24,117 nucleotides of DNA from Octopus sinensis (Eukaryota), in the NCBI RefSeq assembly GCF_006345805.1, contig NW_021836245.1:1-24117 (forward strand). Reading direction: 5' to 3'. Positions 19,153-24,117 of the stretch are shown here, piece after piece. Under the pieces are notes generated by a model. The model was not told where the DNA came from and searched no databases. It saw only the letters and a list, made by a program, of their open reading frames with translations. The position numbers and the translations under genes are program-made. Position 1 is the first letter of the stretch. Every line of letters starts with the position of its first letter.

Positions 19153-19800
19153 AGGGGGCTTCGATCAAAAGGGATCGTAAAAGGAGAGAAAGAGGACAAA
19201 AATAAGGGGGTTAAAAAAAAAAAAAAAAAAAAGGGGGGGGAGGAAAAAAAAATGATCAATAGGGATCGTTATCACAGAAATGTCAATATGAAGTGTAAAG
19301 GGGAGGACAGGTGAGGTTTACCCCGTGAAAGAAAAGCCTGCGGAAAAGACCACGTTAACCTCGGTCAATGAAGTCACATTTTATATTTCTTTTTTTTTTT
19401 TTTTTTTTTTTGCAATAAGCAACTCTCTGTTTTCGATTTCTGGGTTCATAGGACTATGCTCAAGGTGGCTTCGTCATTCATACGTGCCATTCTTGCTACA
19501 TTCACCCATCTTTTTTTAAAACATTCGCTAGACAAAACTTGCCTCTCTACTCTCACTTTCCTTTTCAAGTGTACTTGAAGAAGTTGATGAGAGATTGACC
19601 AGAGAGGAAAGTGTTTGTCTCCAATCCTTTCAGACGCGTCCACCAGATACATTCTTTCGCCATAGCCACAAGATGATGAAAATAGCTCTTCCTTCCCGTT
19701 TGAAGGAAGGAGGCGTGACAATATTGACAATAGACTCAGCTGATAAACCGACTCGTCCCACACGTGACAGCAGTTGTTCGACACAAGCCCACAGGTCGGA
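19043..19800 (-). mobile_element. 5'-truncated Tx1/L1-clade LINE, copy 2
   Basis: Closely similar to 13851-14590. Stop at 19446-19448 (...RKVRVERQVLSSECFKKRWVNVARMARMNDEATLSIVL*). The 3' end is AATAAAGAAACATAT. It is truncated at a different 5' point and is GATA-flanked on both sides. Confidence 0.85.
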
Positions 19801-19870
19801 TAGACAGATAGATAGATAGATAGATAGATATGTAGATAGATAGATAGATTGATAGATAGATGGATGGATG

Positions 19871-19920
<50 letters not shown>

Positions 19921-19979
19921 GATAGATATGTAGATAGATAGATAGATTGATAGATAGATAGATAGATATGTAGATAGAC

Positions 19980-20012
<33 letters not shown>

Positions 20013-20183
20013 TGTAGATAGATAGATAGATAGATATGTAGATAGATAGATAGATTGATAGATAGATAGATTGATAGATAGATAGATTGATGGATGGATG
20101 GATGGATAGACAGACAGACAGACAGGCAGACAGGCAGGCAGGTAGGCAGGCAGAGAGACAGGTGGATGGATGGATGGATGGAT
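19801..20183. repeat. Compound (GATA)n/(GGAT)n/(GACA)n/(GGCA)n array
   Basis: Direct reading. Confidence 0.95.
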
Positions 20184-20185
20184 AA

Positions 20186-20586
20186 CTCTCTCTCTTTTAC
20201 TCTTTTACTTGTTTCAGTCATTTGACTGCGGCCATGCTGGAGCACCGCCTTTAGTCGAGCAAATCGACCCCGGGACTTATTCTTTTTTGTAAGCCCAGTA
20301 CTTATTCTATCGGTCTCTTTTGCCGAACCGCTAAGTGACGGGGATGTAAACACACCAGCATCGGTTGTCAAGCAATGCTAGGAGGACAAACACATGAATA
20401 CACACACACATATACATATATATGACAGGCTTCTTTCAGTTTCTGTCTACCAAATCCACTCACAAGGCATTAGTTGGCCCGAGGCTATAGCAGAAAACAC
20501 TTGCCCAAAGTGCCATGCAGTGGGACTGAACCCGGAACCATGTGGTTGGAAAGCAAGCTCCTTACCACACAGTCACGCCTGCACCT
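20186..20586 (-). mobile_element. SINE family A, full length
   Basis: Reverse complement of 4122-4552 with a short internal microsatellite. Confidence 0.9.
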
Positions 20587-20648
20587 ATGATGTTTAGTAT
20601 TTTTTAAATACTTTCATTTTTGGAAGGGATAGCATATTGTTATTCCGT

Positions 20649-23546
20649 TTAACCCTTTTGTTACCTTATTTCTTTTGACATGCTCTGTGACTAAGGTTTG
20701 GTGGAAGATTTTAATTCAGAACCTTTGAAAACAAGACATTTGTACTACAGAACCAGAGGTAGTTTCAGCCAGGTTGGTATCAAAAGGGTTAAAATTGTTT
20801 CTCTATTATATATTTTAACCCTTTTGTTACCATATTTCTGTTGAGATGCTCTGTGTTTCTTTCAATTAATTTTAAATATAACAAAGAATTTAGTAAAATA
20901 ACTTAGTTATCATTCAGCTAGTGTTAGGAACATAAATTGTGACTAAGGTTTGGTAGAAGATTTTAATTCAAACCTCTGAAAACAAGACATTTGTACTACA
21001 GAACCAGAGGTAGTTTTCCAGCCAGGTTGGTATCAAAAGGGTTAAAATTGTTTCTCTATTATATATTTTAACCCTTTTGTTACCATATTTCTGTTGAGAT
21101 GCTCTGTGTTTCTTTCAATTAATTTTAAATATAACAAAGAATTTAGTAAAATAACTTAGTTATCATTCAGCTAGTGTTAGGAACATAAATTGTGACTAAG
21201 GTTTGGTAGAAGATTTTAATTCAACCTCTGAAAACAAGACATTTGTACTACAGAACCAGAGGTAGTTTCAGCCAGGTTGTATCAAAAGGGTTAAAATTGT
21301 TTCTCTATTATTTTTAACCCTTTTGTTACCATATTTCTGTTGAGATGCTCTGTGTTTTCTTTCAATTAATTTTAAATATAACAAAGAATTTAGTAAATAA
21401 CTTAGTTTCATTCAGCTAGTGTTAGGAACATAAATTGTGACTAAGGTTTGGTAGAAGATTTTAATTCAGAACCTCTAAAACAAGACATTTGTACTACAGA
21501 ACCAGAGGTAGTTTTTCAGCCAGGTTGGTATCAAAAGGGTTAAAATTGTTTCTCTATTATATATTTTAACCCTTTTGTTACCATATTTCTGTTGAGATGC
21601 TCTGTGTTTCTTCAATTAATTTTAAATATAACAAAGAATTTAGTAAAATAACTTAGTTATCATTCAGCTAGTGTTAGGAACATAATTGTGACTAAGGTTT
21701 GGTAGAAGATTGTTAATTCAGAACCTCTGAAAACAAGACATTTGTACTACAGAACCAGAGGTATTTCAGCCAGGTTGGTATCAAAAGGGTTAAAATTGTT
21801 TCTCTATTATATATTTTAACCCTTTTGTTACCATATTTCTGTTGAGATGCTCTGTGTTTCTTTCAATTAATTTTAAATATAACAAAGAATTTAGTAATAA
21901 CTTAGTTATCATTCAGCTAGTGTTAGGAACATAAATTGTGACTAAGGTTTGGTAGAAGATTTTAATTCAGAACCTCTGAAACAAGACATTTGTACTACAG
22001 AACCAGAGGGTATTTCAGCCAGGTTGGTATCAAAAGGGTTAAAATTGTTTCTCTATTATATATTTAACCCTTTGTTGTTACCATATTTCTGTTGAGATGC
22101 TCTGTGTTTCTTTCAATTAATTTTAAATATAACAAAGAATTTTGTAAAATAACTTAGTTATCATTCAGCTAGTGTTAGGAACATAAATTGTGACTAAGGT
22201 TTGGTAGAAGATTTTAATTCAGAACCTCTGAAAACAAGACATTTGTACTACAGAACCAGAGGTAGTTTCAGCCAGGTTGGTATCAAAAGGGTTAAAATTG
22301 TTTCTCTATTATATATTTTAACCCTTTTGTTACCATATTTCTGTTGAGATGCTCTGTGTTTCTTTCAATTAATTTTAAATATAACAAAGAATTTAGTAAA
22401 AACTTAGTTATCATTCAGCTAGTGTTAGGAACATAAATTGTGACTAGGTTTGGTAGAAGATTTTAATTCAGAACCTCTGAAAACAAGACATTTGTACTAC
22501 AGAACCAGAGGTAGTTTCAGCCAGGTTGGTATCAAAAGGGTTAAAATTGTTTCTCTATTATATATTTTAACCCTTTTGTTACCATATTTCTGTTGAGATG
22601 CTCTGTGTTTCTTTCAATTAATTTTAAATATAACAAAGAATTTTGTAAAATAACTTAGTTATCATTCAGCTAGTGTTAGGAACATAAATTGTGACTAAGG
22701 TTTGGTAGAAGATTTTAATTCAGAACCTCTGAAAACAAGACATTTGTACTACAGAACCAGAGGTAGTTTCAGCCAGGTTGGTATCAAAAGGGTTAAAATT
22801 GTTTCTCTATTATATATTTTAACCCTTTTGTTACCATATTTCTGTTGAGATGCTCTGTGTTTCTTTCAATTAATTTTAAATATAACAAAGAATTTTGTAA
22901 AATAACTTAGTTATCATTCAGCTAGTGTTAGGAACAAAATTGTGACTAAGTTTGGTGGAAGATTTTAATTCAAAACTTATGAAAACTAGACATTTGTACT
23001 ACAGAGCCAGAGCTGTTTCAGCCAGGTTGGTATCAAAAGGGTTAAGAATTGTTTCTCTATTATATATTTAACCCTTTTGTTACCATATTTCTGTTGAGAT
23101 GCTCTGTGTTTCTTTCAATTAATTTTAAAATATATAACAAAATTTTGTAAAATAACTTGGTTATCATTAAGCTAGTGTTAGGAACATAAATTGTGACTAA
23201 GGTTTGTGAAGATTTTAATTCAGAACCTTTGAAAACAAGACATTTGTACTACAGAGCCAGATGTGGTTTCAGCTGGTTTGGTATCAAAAGGGTTAAGAAT
23301 TGTTTCTCTATTATATATTTTAACCCTTTTGTTACCATATTTCTGTTGAGATGCTCTGTGTGTTTCTTTCAATTACTTTAAATATAAGAAATTAGTAAAA
23401 TAACTTAGTTATCATTCAGCTAGTGTTAGGAACATAAATTGTGACTAAGGTTTGGTGGAAGATTTTAATTCAAAACTTATGAAAACAAGACATTTGTACT
23501 ACAGAGCCAGAGGCTGTTTCAGCCAGGTTGGTATCAAAAGGGTTAA
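20649..23546. repeat. Tandem satellite of 12 TTAA/piggyBac-type MITE units (~230 bp) joined by a ~22-bp spacer; period ~252 bp
   Basis: Each unit is TTAA-CCCTTTTGTTACCA...TGGTATCAAAAGGG-TTAA. Unit starts 20649, 20815, 21068, 21314, 21566, 21816, 22064, 22318, 22567, 22819, 23068 and 23320. The spacer is AATTGTTTCTCTATTATATATT. Confidence 0.95.
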
Positions 23547-23982
23547 TGCAAACAGTCAAATTTAGCATGAAGCCCCTGTGTGTATAGGACATACAGAGAA
23601 CTCTTTTAAAGATTGCTTACACTAGCACTATTATTTGTTCCAGCACCCCCACCTGGAAAACACTACGAGATGTTCAAAGGGAAATTTGGAAGCTGAGAGG
23701 GAAAAAATCGGCTGACAACATCTTGGAGATAAGATACAAGCATTTAAAAGCAGATCAAAGTAGTAGGACTGCTTGCCCCACACAAGGAAATTCAACAGCA
23801 TCTTTGCCTAATCTTGAGTAAATAATAGCGATGACTCGGTGGTAGATGCCCAAATTCTTTCTTGGGAACATTAAAGAAGAGAACCTCCTCCTGAGGTGTG
23901 AAAGATGAGGAGGGATAATCGACTCTGCTAAAGTTATATTCCAAGCTGCAGAGGTTTGGCATCTATAATCAAAGGTTCCGTT

Positions 23983-24060
23983 CTCTCTTTCCCTCTCTCT
24001 CTCTCTCTCACCCTCACACGCAATCACATGTACACACATACACACACACACACACACACA
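23983..24060. repeat. (CT)n/(CA)n microsatellite
   Basis: Direct reading. Confidence 0.9.
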
Positions 24061-24075
24061 TCTTATCGTTTAACC

Positions 24076-24117
24076 GTTTCAGTCATCAGGCTGCGGCCAT
24101 ACTGGAGCATGGCCCTG
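24076..24117 (-). mobile_element. Family A-like SINE tail, cut by the window edge
   Basis: GTTTCAGTCATCAGGGCTGCGGCCATACTGGAGCA matches the family A 3' end. Confidence 0.5.

Noticed and set aside
6268-20371. Numerous (YI)n, (CV)n, (HT)n and (YLSI)n ORFs
   Set aside because: Translations of TA, CA, CATA and GATA microsatellites.
20649-23546. CRISPR-like array
   Set aside because: Repeats are ~230 bp and the spacers are identical rather than unique; there are no cas genes and the context is eukaryotic.
23755-24057. 100-aa minus ORF
   Set aside because: Starts within microsatellites; the remaining peptide has no recognisable family motif.

Overview
AT-rich, repeat-dense eukaryotic non-coding DNA. 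The SINE and MITE families resemble those I recall from cephalopod (Octopus) genomes; this is an inference, not database-checked. No intact host protein-coding gene is recognisable, and nearly all ORFs in the track come from microsatellites or transposon antisense strands. The window holds four SINE families, 3' fragments of non-LTR retrotransposons from three clades (two RLE/R4-like, two Tx1/L1-like, one CR1-like), two long-TIR foldback elements (GG termini, 8-bp TSDs, central TTAGGG-like tracts), and two tandem arrays built from TTAA/piggyBac-type MITEs, including a 12-unit ~252-bp satellite at 20649-23546. Most notable: both Tx1-like LINE copies sit inside (GATA)n arrays in the same polarity, and an RLE-type retrotransposon fragment sits inside a (CATA)n array. 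This suggests possibly undescribed tetranucleotide-microsatellite-targeting retrotransposon families.
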